Origin: an uncultured Nitrospiraceae bacterium
GTDB taxonomy: Bacteria; Nitrospirota; Thermodesulfovibrionia; Thermodesulfovibrionales; Dissulfurispiraceae
DNA length: 64,000 nucleotides
Direction: 5' to 3'
Assembly: GCA_963705105.1 (NCBI GenBank)
Contig: CAVPIW010000009.1
Location: 192,001 to 256,000, forward strand
Of this stretch, positions 9,694 to 18,802 are shown one piece after another (position 1 is the first letter of the stretch; each line of letters begins with the position of its first letter). Both the position numbers and the translations under genes were made by a program. A model generated the notes under the pieces. The model was not told where the DNA came from, made no database searches, and saw only the letters and a list, made by a program, of their open reading frames with translations.

Positions 9694-12216
9694 ATGCCTG
9701 AACGTATGAGAGGCCTTGCCGTCCTGACTGCAGTGATGATCCTTGCAATGGCAGTGCTGCTCATTGCGGCCCCCGTACAGACGGCGGAACAGAAAGCGCC
9801 TGAGCCCCGGAAGACAGATGCTCCCGCAACCGCGACTGCAGACCAGCCCGCATCCACTCCATCCGGCCCGGCGGTCATCCCGGTGACGGAGGTCGCGAAA
9901 CAGGCGACAGAGGTGTCGAATCTCCTGCGCACCCTCATGGATAAGTCCGCAAGAAGTCCCGCAATTACAGAGATCTGGAAATCTCTTCCCGATGTCATGG
10001 CACACACGGACAGAGAACTTGAGGAGACATTGAGGCTCCTTCAGCGGCAGATGGCCCTCCCCAAGCTACAGGCACAACAGCATCAGTGGGAGCAGAGGAA
10101 GATCAGATATGCGGGATGGCTGGCTGCGTTGACGAAGAGATCCAACGAACATCAGGAAAATCTGAATCGCCTGGAGAACCTGAAGACAACGTGGATAATG
10201 ACCTTTGACGCGGCAAAGGCTTTGAGCGCTCCCGGATTTATCCTTCAGCATATCAGTGACACGATTGAGAGTATCAGCGCTGCGGAGGTCTCCGTGAGAG
10301 AGCGGCTCACCGTTGTCCTCGACCTTCAGGGCAGGGTCGGCAATGAGGTTGCAAGGTGCGAGACGGTCCTGGCAAAGATCGCCCGGATGCAGGAGACATC
10401 CATGTCTGGTATCCTGGTGCAGGACAGCGTGCCGATCGTAAGTCCCGAGCTGTGGACTGATGCGGCGAAAGCGATGCCGTCATATGTCCGCACCACTGCA
10501 TCCTCCTTTTGGGGAGACATCAATAATTATGTTATGTATCCCTCCAGGCGCATGTCGCTGCATGCCGGGATTTTTGCGGTGCTGACGATCTTGTTTTTTT
10601 CAGCCCGATACTGGGTTCGCAGGCGAACAGCCGCGGGTGAGACTCTTTCGCCGGTTGTGAGGGTCTTCGACCACCCCTTCGCGGCTGCCTTGGCCATGAC
10701 TCTGTTCATTGTCGCATCTCCCGCCTGGTTGTCGATGCCGGCAGCGATAAGGGACACCTTTCAGGTTTTTGCGTTTGTGCCGATGATCATCCTGATCCGG
10801 CCAGTTGTCTCAACAGTTCTGGCCTACGGACTCTTTGCGCTCGGACTCCTGTTTGCAGTAGATGCGATGCGGGAAATCTTTTCCGGGCAACAGCTTATAG
10901 GACAGGGCGCACTCATTCTTGAATCTTCCGCCGCCATGGCGGTCATGATCTGGTTCCTGCGAAACCTCCGTCCGGCCTTTGGAGACGCGACCGGGTCCTC
11001 CCGCCTGCTCTTGCTTCAGTCAGGGGGTGTCGTCATTCTTCTGATCCTTGCCGCAGGTTTTGCGGCCGCTGCCACGGGATATGTGCGCCTTGCCGGCCTT
11101 ATGACCCCCGGGGTACTTGCCGGCGGTGTGCTGGCGATAGCGGTCTATGCGTCCCTGCGTGTCGTCATCGCTCTTGTCGCTATTTCCCTCCGCATCTGGC
11201 CGTTACGGACGCTCCAGATGATACAACACCACCGCGACCTGCTGGAGAGCCGGATCTGTCGCATTTTGATCTGGTCGGCGATTGCAGGATGGACGATACG
11301 GTATCTCAGCTACATCGGCCTCCTGGAGCCGTTTCTGTCCTTCTGGAAGGCTGTTCTGACCGCAAAATTCGAGAGAGGCCCGATCAGCATCTCTCCCGGC
11401 GACGTCCTGGAATTCTTTCTCACCGTCTGGGTCGGATATCTGCTGTCGGCCTTTATCCGCTTTGTGCTGCGGGAGGACGTGTATCCCCGGATCGGGATCA
11501 CACCCGGCAAGTCGTACGCCTTATCGAGCCTGCTTCATTATTTCCTCATCGCTCTCGGGTTCGTAGTGGGGATGGCGGTGTTGGGGATAAATCTCACGAA
11601 GCTTACCGTTCTCACCGGCGCCCTCGGGGTCGGCATCGGCTTCGGACTGCAGAGTGTGGTGAACAACTTCGTTTCCGGCCTGATCCTGCTCCTTGAGCGT
11701 CCTATAAAGGTAGGCGACACGGTCGAGGTCGGCGACCTCCTTGGCGCCGTTCGGCGGATCGGCATACGGGCCAGCACCGTCCGAACCTTGCAGGGGGCTG
11801 ACATTATCGTCCCTAATGCGCAGCTCGTCACTGAGAAGGTGACCAACTGGACCCTCGGCGATCAATTGCGGCGCATCGACCTGTCTGTCGGCGTCAGTTA
11901 CAGCTCGGCGCCGAAGGAAGTGATACAGGTTCTTGAAAAAGTTGCGATCGATCACCCGCATATATTGGCAAGCCCGCCGCCTCAGGCCCTCTTCACGGGT
12001 TATGGGGACAGTTCGATCGACTTCGAGCTGAGGGCATGGACAGACCGGTTTGAGGACTGGGCTCGGATACGAAGCGAATTGGCCACGGCAGTCTTCGACG
12101 CCGTGCGCGCTGCCGGCATGTCGTTCCCCTTTCCGCAGCGCGAGGTGCGCCTGCTGCGCGATGCCGAAAGTGCGAAGGCAGCGGCTCACGGCCAGCCGGA
12201 GGCGGGAAAAGGTTGA
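9694..12216 (+). CDS. MscS-family mechanosensitive channel with a large periplasmic/membrane N-terminus
   Basis: 'GALGVGIGFGLQSVVNNFVSGLILLLERPIKVGD', 'IIVPN', 'PFPQR'. Confidence 0.92.
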   Translation: MPERMRGLAVLTAVMILAMAVLLIAAPVQTAEQKAPEPRKTDAPATATADQPASTPSGPAVIPVTEVAKQATEVSNLLRTLMDKSARSPAITEIWKSLPDVMAHTDRELEETLRLLQRQMALPKLQAQQHQWEQRKIRYAGWLAALTKRSNEHQENLNRLENLKTTWIMTFDAAKALSAPGFILQHISDTIESISAAEVSVRERLTVVLDLQGRVGNEVARCETVLAKIARMQETSMSGILVQDSVPIVSPELWTDAAKAMPSYVRTTASSFWGDINNYVMYPSRRMSLHAGIFAVLTILFFSARYWVRRRTAAGETLSPVVRVFDHPFAAALAMTLFIVASPAWLSMPAAIRDTFQVFAFVPMIILIRPVVSTVLAYGLFALGLLFAVDAMREIFSGQQLIGQGALILESSAAMAVMIWFLRNLRPAFGDATGSSRLLLLQSGGVVILLILAAGFAAAATGYVRLAGLMTPGVLAGGVLAIAVYASLRVVIALVAISLRIWPLRTLQMIQHHRDLLESRICRILIWSAIAGWTIRYLSYIGLLEPFLSFWKAVLTAKFERGPISISPGDVLEFFLTVWVGYLLSAFIRFVLREDVYPRIGITPGKSYALSSLLHYFLIALGFVVGMAVLGINLTKLTVLTGALGVGIGFGLQSVVNNFVSGLILLLERPIKVGDTVEVGDLLGAVRRIGIRASTVRTLQGADIIVPNAQLVTEKVTNWTLGDQLRRIDLSVGVSYSSAPKEVIQVLEKVAIDHPHILASPPPQALFTGYGDSSIDFELRAWTDRFEDWARIRSELATAVFDAVRAAGMSFPFPQREVRLLRDAESAKAAAHGQPEAGKG

Positions 12217-12304
12217 GGTATTCAAGGATTCGCTGAAAGCTGTTTCGGTCAAGAGTGCAGGCAGATCAAAGTCAGAGGATGAGTATAATCAAAGGAGGAT
12301 GATT

Positions 12305-13087
12305 ATGAGATGTGGCAAATGGCGTATTACCTTGTTTTGCGTGACTGTTCTCGCGTTGCTGGTTATGACGGGCTTACCTGCTGACAGCAGCGCTCAGTCG
12401 GCTGCGGTCGATCCCAGGGCCGATCAGCTCCTGCGGAAAATGAGCGACTACTTGGGTGGCCTGCAGCAGTTCAGTGTTCAAACGGAGAACACCCTCGAGG
12501 TAGTCCTCAGGTCCGGCGAGAAGATCCAGTACGTCAACCCGGCTGAGCTCTCCGTGCGGCGCCCGAACAAATTGCGCGCTCACCGGGAGGGAGATCTCGT
12601 CAACCAGGTGTTCTACTACGACGGCAAGACCCTGACGCTCTATAGCCCTGACCACAAATACTATGCCACCGTCGATGCGCCCCCGACGATCGATACAATG
12701 ATGGATTTCGCCAGGACGGCCCTTGATGTGTTTGCACCCGGAGGCGATCTCGTTTACAAGAACCCGTACGACATCCTTACCGAAGATGTCGTATCGGGTT
12801 TCTACGTCGGCATGAGCGTCATTGGCGGCATTAAATGCCATCATCTCGCTTTTCGGGGCAATGAGGTCGACTGGCAGATTTGGATAGAGGACGGCGACAG
12901 GCCTCTGCCCAAGAGATTCATTGTCACGACGAAATGGATGACCGGGGCACCTCAGTTTACGGCCACTACAAGTAACTGGAACTTGTCACCGAAGCTCACG
13001 GACGATGTGTTCACCTTCGCGGCCCCGAAGGATGCCCAAAAAATCGATTTCATACGCCTCACCACCGGCGGCGTGTCGACACGATAG
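12305..13087 (+). CDS. DUF2092 periplasmic protein (second paralog)
   Basis: 'RRPNKLRA', 'YYDGKTLT', 'CHHLAFRGNEVDWQIWIE.G.RPLP'; SD AGGAGG at 12293. Confidence 0.88.
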   Translation: MRCGKWRITLFCVTVLALLVMTGLPADSSAQSAAVDPRADQLLRKMSDYLGGLQQFSVQTENTLEVVLRSGEKIQYVNPAELSVRRPNKLRAHREGDLVNQVFYYDGKTLTLYSPDHKYYATVDAPPTIDTMMDFARTALDVFAPGGDLVYKNPYDILTEDVVSGFYVGMSVIGGIKCHHLAFRGNEVDWQIWIEDGDRPLPKRFIVTTKWMTGAPQFTATTSNWNLSPKLTDDVFTFAAPKDAQKIDFIRLTTGGVSTR

Positions 13088-13108
13088 ATAGACAAAAGGA
13101 GAGAAGCC

Positions 13109-13612
13109 ATGAAAAAGTTATTCAGTGCATTCGTGCTTGTCAGCTCGCTGTTGTGTATGGTTAGTCTGGACCTGACCTGTCAATCCTCCCCGGACGTGGG
13201 CCTTGTGGGGACGGCAGAGGCGATCGTCGGTGCTCCCCTGACGCCCGTAAGTGCTGCCGGTGTTGCACGGCGCACAACGCGAAGAGTGGTAGCCACCGAG
13301 GCGACAGTGGCAACCACTGCGGCAGCCAGTTCGCAACAGCAGCAGGCGACTGCCCAGCAGCAGGCCGCGACAGCTCAACAGCAAGCCGCAACGGCTCAAC
13401 AACAGCAAGCAATCGCGCAACAGCAGGCAGCGGTTGCCCAACAGCAGGCCTCACCAGTTCCGGTTGGAACGGTTATTCCAAAATTACCCGGCGGTTGCAC
13501 CTCGATCACTGTTCAAGGGGTGAACTATTCAGACTGCGGGGGGGCTTTCTACAAGGCGGCGTTCCAGGGCAACAACCTGGTCTACGTCGTAGTGGAAAAA
13601 CCCTTCAAGTAA
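13109..13612 (+). CDS. Exported protein with TPVSAAGVARR motif, QQQAATA heptads and a small C-terminal Cys-pair domain
   Basis: SD AAGGAG; signal peptide; 21-bp repeats at ~13335-13450; C-terminal 'LPGGC...YSDCGG.FY...YVVV'. Confidence 0.82.
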   Translation: MKKLFSAFVLVSSLLCMVSLDLTCQSSPDVGLVGTAEAIVGAPLTPVSAAGVARRTTRRVVATEATVATTAAASSQQQQATAQQQAATAQQQAATAQQQQAIAQQQAAVAQQQASPVPVGTVIPKLPGGCTSITVQGVNYSDCGGAFYKAAFQGNNLVYVVVEKPFK

Positions 13613-13817
13613 TGAGGCTTGGCTACACGTGAACCGAGGCTGTCCGGGATGACGGTGGCTCGGGGCGCTCCGGGACCTCGCGGATTGGCAGATCCACGGA
13701 AAGTGGCGGACCCAAGGGGCGCTGACGCCGTGGACCTTTCGATCAGCGTTAGCCTATAATGTGCGAAGCGATCGACGCCCTTTGGGCGCATATCAGATCA
13801 GACCGGAGGAGTGAAAG

Positions 13818-14648
13818 ATGAACGACCTTGTTCTGCGAAGCATCTCACGGGTTGTCGCAGTACTGCTTGTATCAGTTTTGTTGCTTGCAGGCGCCGCCGA
13901 TGTGTATGCGGCAGACGCCAAAAAGGATGACGGCTGGCATTTCACGCTCGTTCCCTATATCTGGCTGCCCTCGATAGACGGATCGATGAATGTAAACCTT
14001 CCGAGGCGAGAGGTCACCGGCACCGCTGACCTGAGTGATGACGACTATCTTGACAGCCTGCAGTTTGCCTTAATGCTGTCGTTCGAAGCGGAGAAGGGCA
14101 GGTGGTCTATCCTGACGGACTTCGTGTACGTTTCTTTCGAAAACGAAGAAACGACGACGAAATTCCCGAATCTACCCAGCGGCGGACTCCAGATCAAGTC
14201 CAACAACGAACTTCAGGCCGTGGCCTTTGAGATAGCCCCGGCCTATGCCTTGTACCACAGTGAAAGTGTAAAGTTCGATGTCCTTGCGGGGATACGGTAC
14301 ATAGGGATAGATGCCGATGTCACCCTGAATCCCAGCACGGCATTGCCTGTCAGCATCCCGTCCCGGACTTTTTCCGAAAAGAAGGATTACTTCGACCCGA
14401 TCATCGGTTTCAAAGGGAGGTTTGAGCTGGGCAAGGGATGGTTTCTGCCCTATTACGCCGATATCGGCGGCTTCGGCATCAACAACGAGATGAACTGGCA
14501 GCTCTTCGGGGGGATCGGGTACCGTTTCAGCAAGCTCTTCTCGATGACGCTCGGCTACCGCCACCTGGAGTATGATTTCGACGATGATGAACCTTTCAAC
14601 GATCTGTCCCTGAGCGGCGGACAACTGGGCTTTGTTTTCAGGTTCTGA
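13818..14648 (+). CDS. Probable outer-membrane beta-barrel protein
   Basis: Signal peptide, 'WHFTLVPYIWLP', amphipathic beta strands, terminal Phe ('GFVFRF'); SD GGAGG; TATAAT at 13755. Confidence 0.8.
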   Translation: MNDLVLRSISRVVAVLLVSVLLLAGAADVYAADAKKDDGWHFTLVPYIWLPSIDGSMNVNLPRREVTGTADLSDDDYLDSLQFALMLSFEAEKGRWSILTDFVYVSFENEETTTKFPNLPSGGLQIKSNNELQAVAFEIAPAYALYHSESVKFDVLAGIRYIGIDADVTLNPSTALPVSIPSRTFSEKKDYFDPIIGFKGRFELGKGWFLPYYADIGGFGINNEMNWQLFGGIGYRFSKLFSMTLGYRHLEYDFDDDEPFNDLSLSGGQLGFVFRF

Positions 14649-14656
14649 CCGGTCGA

Positions 14657-14750
14657 AGAAAGGCATTCCAGCGGCCCATGGCCGAGGGGGCGGGGCTGCT
14701 GCAGGCCGCACAGGACGTCTGTCTCTGAGGGGATGTCACCGTCGCGTAGC
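14657..14750 (+). repeat. Degenerate duplicate of the fbaB 3' end (matches 3874-3967)
   Basis: AGAAAGGCATTCCAGCGGCCCATGGCCGAGGGGGCGG...GTCACCGTCGCgTAG aligns with the fbaB end with a few substitutions, including TGC>TGA. Confidence 0.92.
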
Positions 14751-14805
14751 ACAAAGGAGCACGACCAGCCGTGACGTATCGTGATCTGCGAGGAGGTCAA
14801 TAAAG

Positions 14806-15762
14806 ATGAGCAAACCGGGCATCAATGATTCATCGGGAATTTCAGACGGCTATGCGGGCAGCCGGGTCGGCAGCGTCAGCAGTGCGTGTGTCATCATCGC
14901 TATGGCAGTCATCATTGCCTTCAGTGCCTGTCAATCGCCGGCAGCCGGGGCGCAACCAGCTGCCGGCACGGCTTCAGGGATGCTCACCATTAACGGGAAA
15001 GGCATCCCGCTGAAGTATTCCTATGCGATGGAACAGCCCAATACCTTTGATGCCGCCAAGAACGACATCGCAGTCTTGTTGACCGAAAATCCCCTCCCCG
15101 AAGAAGCGCTCACTGGCATCGCGGACCTGAGAGACGCCACCCGGAAGCAGCATGGCTGGGCCTTCTTCAAGATCAACAGTGTCGGGAAACCGATCTATGA
15201 GGTGATCGACCATCCCTCGACCAACGGTCAAATCTCGATGTCGGGTTTCACCCACGCAGGTTTCAGTGCGAGGGAAATGGGAAAGGACCGGGTGACGGGA
15301 TCGTTTGCGACCTCGAAGCCCGAAGACTTCATGACGTACAAATACGAGATCAAGGCGGAATTTTCCGCGCCTCTCCTGAAGGCAACGCTGCCGGAGCCTC
15401 TGCCGGATGCAAAGACCGGCAAGGCGCTCCCCGCCGGCGGGGGGGAGCCGGGCAAAGCCTATAACGCGCATCGCAAGGCCATAAGGGACAAGGACGTCGC
15501 AGCAATTCGCAGGACGGCTCCCTCCTCACAGGCTAAGGATATGTCAGACAGCGACCTGGAGAACATGATCGATTTCATGACCACCATATCCCCCGGCGCA
15601 CCGAAGATCACCAAAGGCTATGTGAAGGAAAACAGGGCTGTCCTCTATGTCGAGGGGGTTCACGAAGGTGAGATGCGATATGCAACAGTGGAGTTGGCAA
15701 GAGAGGGAAAGAAGTGGTATGTCGTAGAAGAAAAATGGAGCAATACACCGCTTAAGAAATAA
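14806..15762 (+). CDS. Hypothetical exported protein
   Basis: 318-aa ORF, SD GAGGAGG, N-terminal hydrophobic segment. Confidence 0.75.
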   Translation: MSKPGINDSSGISDGYAGSRVGSVSSACVIIAMAVIIAFSACQSPAAGAQPAAGTASGMLTINGKGIPLKYSYAMEQPNTFDAAKNDIAVLLTENPLPEEALTGIADLRDATRKQHGWAFFKINSVGKPIYEVIDHPSTNGQISMSGFTHAGFSAREMGKDRVTGSFATSKPEDFMTYKYEIKAEFSAPLLKATLPEPLPDAKTGKALPAGGGEPGKAYNAHRKAIRDKDVAAIRRTAPSSQAKDMSDSDLENMIDFMTTISPGAPKITKGYVKENRAVLYVEGVHEGEMRYATVELAREGKKWYVVEEKWSNTPLKK

Positions 15763-15820
15763 AGGACAGCCGACGTTTCCCTTCCCGGACCGAAAATCCT
15801 TGAGGGAAAGCCTCAGGTCT

Positions 15821-16097
15821 CCCTTTAGTTGCATTGAAAGGCGGGGCGAAACGCTCTGCAATACAGTGTCAGTGACAGTGTGAGTGTCAGCAAAAAGTTC
15901 ACCTTTTTCAGCCGTCGGCCTGAAATAGCTTCATCGATGTCGGGCCGTTCGGGGAACGGCCCTTACAGGATTCCACTCTTTGTGTCATCGACCATTAGCG
16001 TATAGTTCATCTTTCGTTTTGATGCAGGCGTCGCCGCAGCAAGGTTTTCGGCGCATACGCCCCGCCTTTCCCGGGCGTGCAGTGCAACGATAAGGGT
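15821..16097 (-). repeat. Modular hairpin repeat, mosaic copy containing a (CAGTGT/GAGTGT)n tract and a REP-like palindrome
   Basis: CCCTTTAGTTGCATTGAAAGGCGGGGCG...CGCCCCGCCTTTCCCGGG...TGCAACGATAAGG; internal GGGCCGTTC-GGG-GAACGGCCC. Confidence 0.88.
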
Positions 16098-16288
16098 CTC
16101 TCTAATTTCGGAGAGAGGTCATACAGATCGAAAATGTCCTTCCCATCCGCTTCATCCACCTGCTAACACGCAAGATCGTTAACCCGTCAGTAATGTTGAT
16201 TCTGTGAAGAAACCTACTTGACTGCAATGGAAGCCAGCTGAAGAACCCCCCCCAAAAAATTCCCCCTTTTTTCGCCTAAGATGACAGC

Positions 16289-16317
16289 TTGACACTTGTA
16301 ACCTGACCGGTTACACT
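16289..16317 (+). promoter_or_regulatory. Sigma70 promoter of higBA with a palindromic operator
   Basis: TTGACA(16289)-17 bp-TACACT(16312); TGTAACC-N5-GGTTACA palindrome at 16297-16315. Confidence 0.75.
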
Positions 16318-16331
16318 ATAAACAATGAGGG

Positions 16332-16610
16332 ATGATCAAGACCTTCACACATAGAGGACTTGAAGACTTCTTTTATGATGGAAACAAAAAGGGTATCCAA
16401 GCCGTGCACGCGCAGAAACTCGCGGACATTCTGGACAGGCTCGATGCCTCATCCGTGGTGGAGGACATGAGATATCCCGGTTCCGACCTGCATCAGCTGA
16501 AAGGACCTCTGAAGGGATTCTGGGCTGTGAAGGTGTCCGGCAACCGGCGGGTGGTCTTCACATTCAGGGAGGGCAACGCCTACCAGGTGAACTATATCGA
16601 TTATCACTAA
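16332..16610 (+). CDS. higB: HigB/RelE-family toxin (plasmid maintenance system killer type)
   Basis: 'MIKTFTHRGLE.FF', 'LHQLKG...FWAVKVSGN.R.VF.F..GNAY.VNYIDYH'. Confidence 0.9.
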   Translation: MIKTFTHRGLEDFFYDGNKKGIQAVHAQKLADILDRLDASSVVEDMRYPGSDLHQLKGPLKGFWAVKVSGNRRVVFTFREGNAYQVNYIDYH

Positions 16611-16623
16611 TAATGGTGAAGAC

Positions 16624-16914
16624 ATGAGAACGCGAAAGAGAACACCCACCCATCCGGGCGGCATTTTGAAGAGACAGTATATGGAGCCTTTGTCCCTGAC
16701 GGTTTCCGATCTCGCCGTTACCCTCGGAGTGTCGAGGAAGACACTCTCGAAAATCGTGAATGAGCGGGGCGCAGTGACCCCGGACATGGCGCTTCGTCTC
16801 TCCAGGGCCTTTAATACCACACCTGAACTGTGGCTCAACCTGCAGCGCTGTTATGATCTCTGGGAAGCTGCGCACAAGTCGGATGACTGGAAACTGGTCG
16901 AGGCGATAGCTTGA
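16624..16914 (+). CDS. higA: HigA addiction module antitoxin (HTH)
   Basis: 'PTHPGGIL', 'LGVSRKTLSKIVNER..VTPDMALRLSRAF.TTPELWLNLQ..YDLW'. Confidence 0.92.
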   Translation: MRTRKRTPTHPGGILKRQYMEPLSLTVSDLAVTLGVSRKTLSKIVNERGAVTPDMALRLSRAFNTTPELWLNLQRCYDLWEAAHKSDDWKLVEAIA

Positions 16915-17017
16915 TGAGGTGTCCTTATCGTTGCTGAGTTTCCTGCTTGAAAGTTCTTCGACCTGATATTTCTTCGCCTCCTAGGGAGGTAAAAAGGGAC
17001 AACCCTATTTATTGACA

Positions 17018-17212
17018 ACCTGAGGGCTTTGTTGTGTTGTGCCGACTCGCCCAGGGACTGAGCCTTGTATGCGGTTTCTGTTCCCCGGATCAGGTCCGGG
17101 GCAGGCTCTTGCCTTCGGTCCGTACTCGTGATAGCATCCATCAGTATGAACACTTTCAGGTTCTCGTACAGGGGACTTTCACCCCATAAGCTCACGCCCA
17201 TGCCGGGCGTAC
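17018..17212 (-). mobile_element. 5' fragment (domain I start) of a group IIC-attC intron
   Basis: Minus strand begins GTACGCCCGGCATGGGCG...GGGGTGAAAGTCCCCTG directly after the attC GT; contains a CCTGCCCCGGACCTGATCCGGGG palindromic insert. Confidence 0.75.
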
Positions 17213-17318
17213 ACGAATCGCTGAAACCAACCAAGAAATGCGGTCGGAAAAATCAGGTGGTTGAGTTTTAGTTTGGAGTTTGCCCGCCTTTCTTGGCGGC
17301 TTATCTTGATCGTTATGC
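17213..17318 (+). other. Integron attC recombination site interrupted at R'' by an intron
   Basis: AC-GAATCG...CCAAGAAA(17231)...TTTCTTGG(17289)...GATC-GTTATGC(17312) imperfect hairpin ending in a GTT core. Confidence 0.7.
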
Positions 17319-17381
17319 TATGATTAAGAAGATGGGGAAAAACTGAATAATATTGAGCGAAACAAGAAAGGAGAAGACATT

Positions 17382-18191
17382 ATGAAACAGACAGTAATCA
17401 GTTTCAGCATCCGAATAGCGCTTGCAGCATTACTGATGGCCTTAGTCGTACCATGCGCAATTGCACAACAAGCGCCTTCGGCTGAAAAATCGGCGATAAT
17501 TTTAAAAGCTTATGGTCCAGGCGGTCCCGCCCCGGCAATGCGCGAAGCTGCGAAGGTATTCGGAGCCAAAAAAGGAACTATGGTGGAGATAACTGCCGGC
17601 CCGACACCGACTTGGAAAGATCAAGCAATGAAGGATGCAGACCTGATTTTCAGCGGTTCCGAGTATATGATGACTGATTTCGTGCGAAAGGATGTTCCCG
17701 GACTAATCGACACTTCAACAATCCGAACCCTTTATCTGCGACCTTCGGCTATTCTCGTCCGCCCGGGTAATCCTAAGGGTATCAACGGCATTAAAGACCT
17801 TGTCAAACCGGGCATTAAGATTCTTGTGGTTGAAGGAGCCGGACAGGTCGGAATGTGGGAGGATGTGGCAGGTCGAACAGGCAGTGTCAAACTTGTTGAC
17901 GGCATACGCCGCAACATCGGTTTCTTCGCAGCCAATAGCGCCGAAGCAAAGAAGATATGGAACAGCGATATGAGCTATGATGTTTGGCTCATCTGGACTA
18001 TTTGGCAGAAGGAGAGTCCCGCGTCTGCCGACCTTGTCAACACCGAGCCTGAAAACACGATTTATCGCTCATGCGGTATTGCACTAACAAATCGATCAGA
18101 ACAAAAGGCATTGGCTAAGGAGTTTGCCGATTTTCTGCAGTCGGCTGAGGGGAAAGGAATTTTTGTAAAATGGGGCTGGATTGCACCTTAG
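17382..18191 (+). CDS. Substrate-binding protein, AcfC/ModA-like family (gene cassette)
   Basis: 'YGPGGPAPAM', 'DADLIFSGSEYMM', 'LYLRPSAILVRPGNPK', 'GAGQVGMWED'; visibly lower GC; lies between an attC core and an inverse core. Confidence 0.85.
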   Translation: MKQTVISFSIRIALAALLMALVVPCAIAQQAPSAEKSAIILKAYGPGGPAPAMREAAKVFGAKKGTMVEITAGPTPTWKDQAMKDADLIFSGSEYMMTDFVRKDVPGLIDTSTIRTLYLRPSAILVRPGNPKGINGIKDLVKPGIKILVVEGAGQVGMWEDVAGRTGSVKLVDGIRRNIGFFAANSAEAKKIWNSDMSYDVWLIWTIWQKESPASADLVNTEPENTIYRSCGIALTNRSEQKALAKEFADFLQSAEGKGIFVKWGWIAP

Positions 18192-18252
18192 ACGTCACTT
18201 TTGCCCCATTTTCCTGATTTAGGAACTGTTTTTACCGGAAGTGCTTGGCCTA

Positions 18253-18445
18253 ATCGGGTAAGGGACGGCAGCTAACCGTCCCTGCCCACACCACCCATCG
18301 AACGGGTCCGTAATGGGCGGTTCGCGGAAATTATCGGGCCGTAGCCGGATAGTGAATCCCTATCCACAGTGATCGTATCGACAGAAGTCCCTGTCTTGCC
18401 AGAAACTCATTGCCCAAGCCGCAATTCGCAGCAGTAGCAAAAGAG
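18253..18445 (-). mobile_element. 3' fragment of a group IIC-attC intron (maturase C-terminus, DV, DVI)
   Basis: Minus: ORF end 'GLLSIRSLWIGIHYPATAR*', DV GAACCGCCCATTACGGACCCGTTCGATGGGTGGTGTGGG (18323-18285), DVI ending CCCGAT, then TAGGC. Confidence 0.85.
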
Positions 18446-18472
18446 CAAAAGGGACAACCCCCTATTTTGACC

Positions 18473-18631
18473 TCGATCGCCTGCGGGGATACCAACCGTG
18501 CGATCGCTGAGAAGCTGCGGATCAGCGAAAAGACCGTTGAGACCCACCGCAGCAGGATGATGCAGAAACTCGACATCCACCGCCTTGCCGACCTCGTGAG
18601 ATTCGCCCTGGCCGCGGGACTTGCGCCTTAA
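18473..18631 (+). pseudogene. C-terminal LuxR/NarL HTH fragment
   Basis: 'IACGDTNRAIAEKLRISEKTVETHRSRMMQKLDIH..ADLVRFAL'; no receiver domain or credible start. Confidence 0.8.
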
Positions 18632-18802
18632 CGGCATACCCGCCTGCAGCAGCAGCACGACAAAGAATCCCTATTCCCCTCAAGGACTTTTATCTCCCCT
18701 GCCTGCCGTCTACAAAAAAGCCTCTACAGACAAAACTGTACAAAATTACATGGTTCTCCCGACTAACTTTTCTCCGATTCTCTGGTATTTAACAGATAGG
18801 AA

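Noticed and set aside
12050..12304. N-terminal extension of the second DUF2092 ORF overlapping mscS
   Set aside because: A strong SD and signal peptide place the start at 12305 (or 12299); the extension is incidental.
14727..14729. TGA replacing the Cys codon in the fbaB duplicate as possible selenocysteine
   Set aside because: It lies in a non-coding 94-bp remnant with no start codon or SECIS; simple decay.
16245..16272. C8/A6/C5/T6 homopolymer tracts upstream of higBA as a phase-variation switch
   Set aside because: They lie upstream of the -35 box, not in the spacer or CDS, and there is no evidence of variability.
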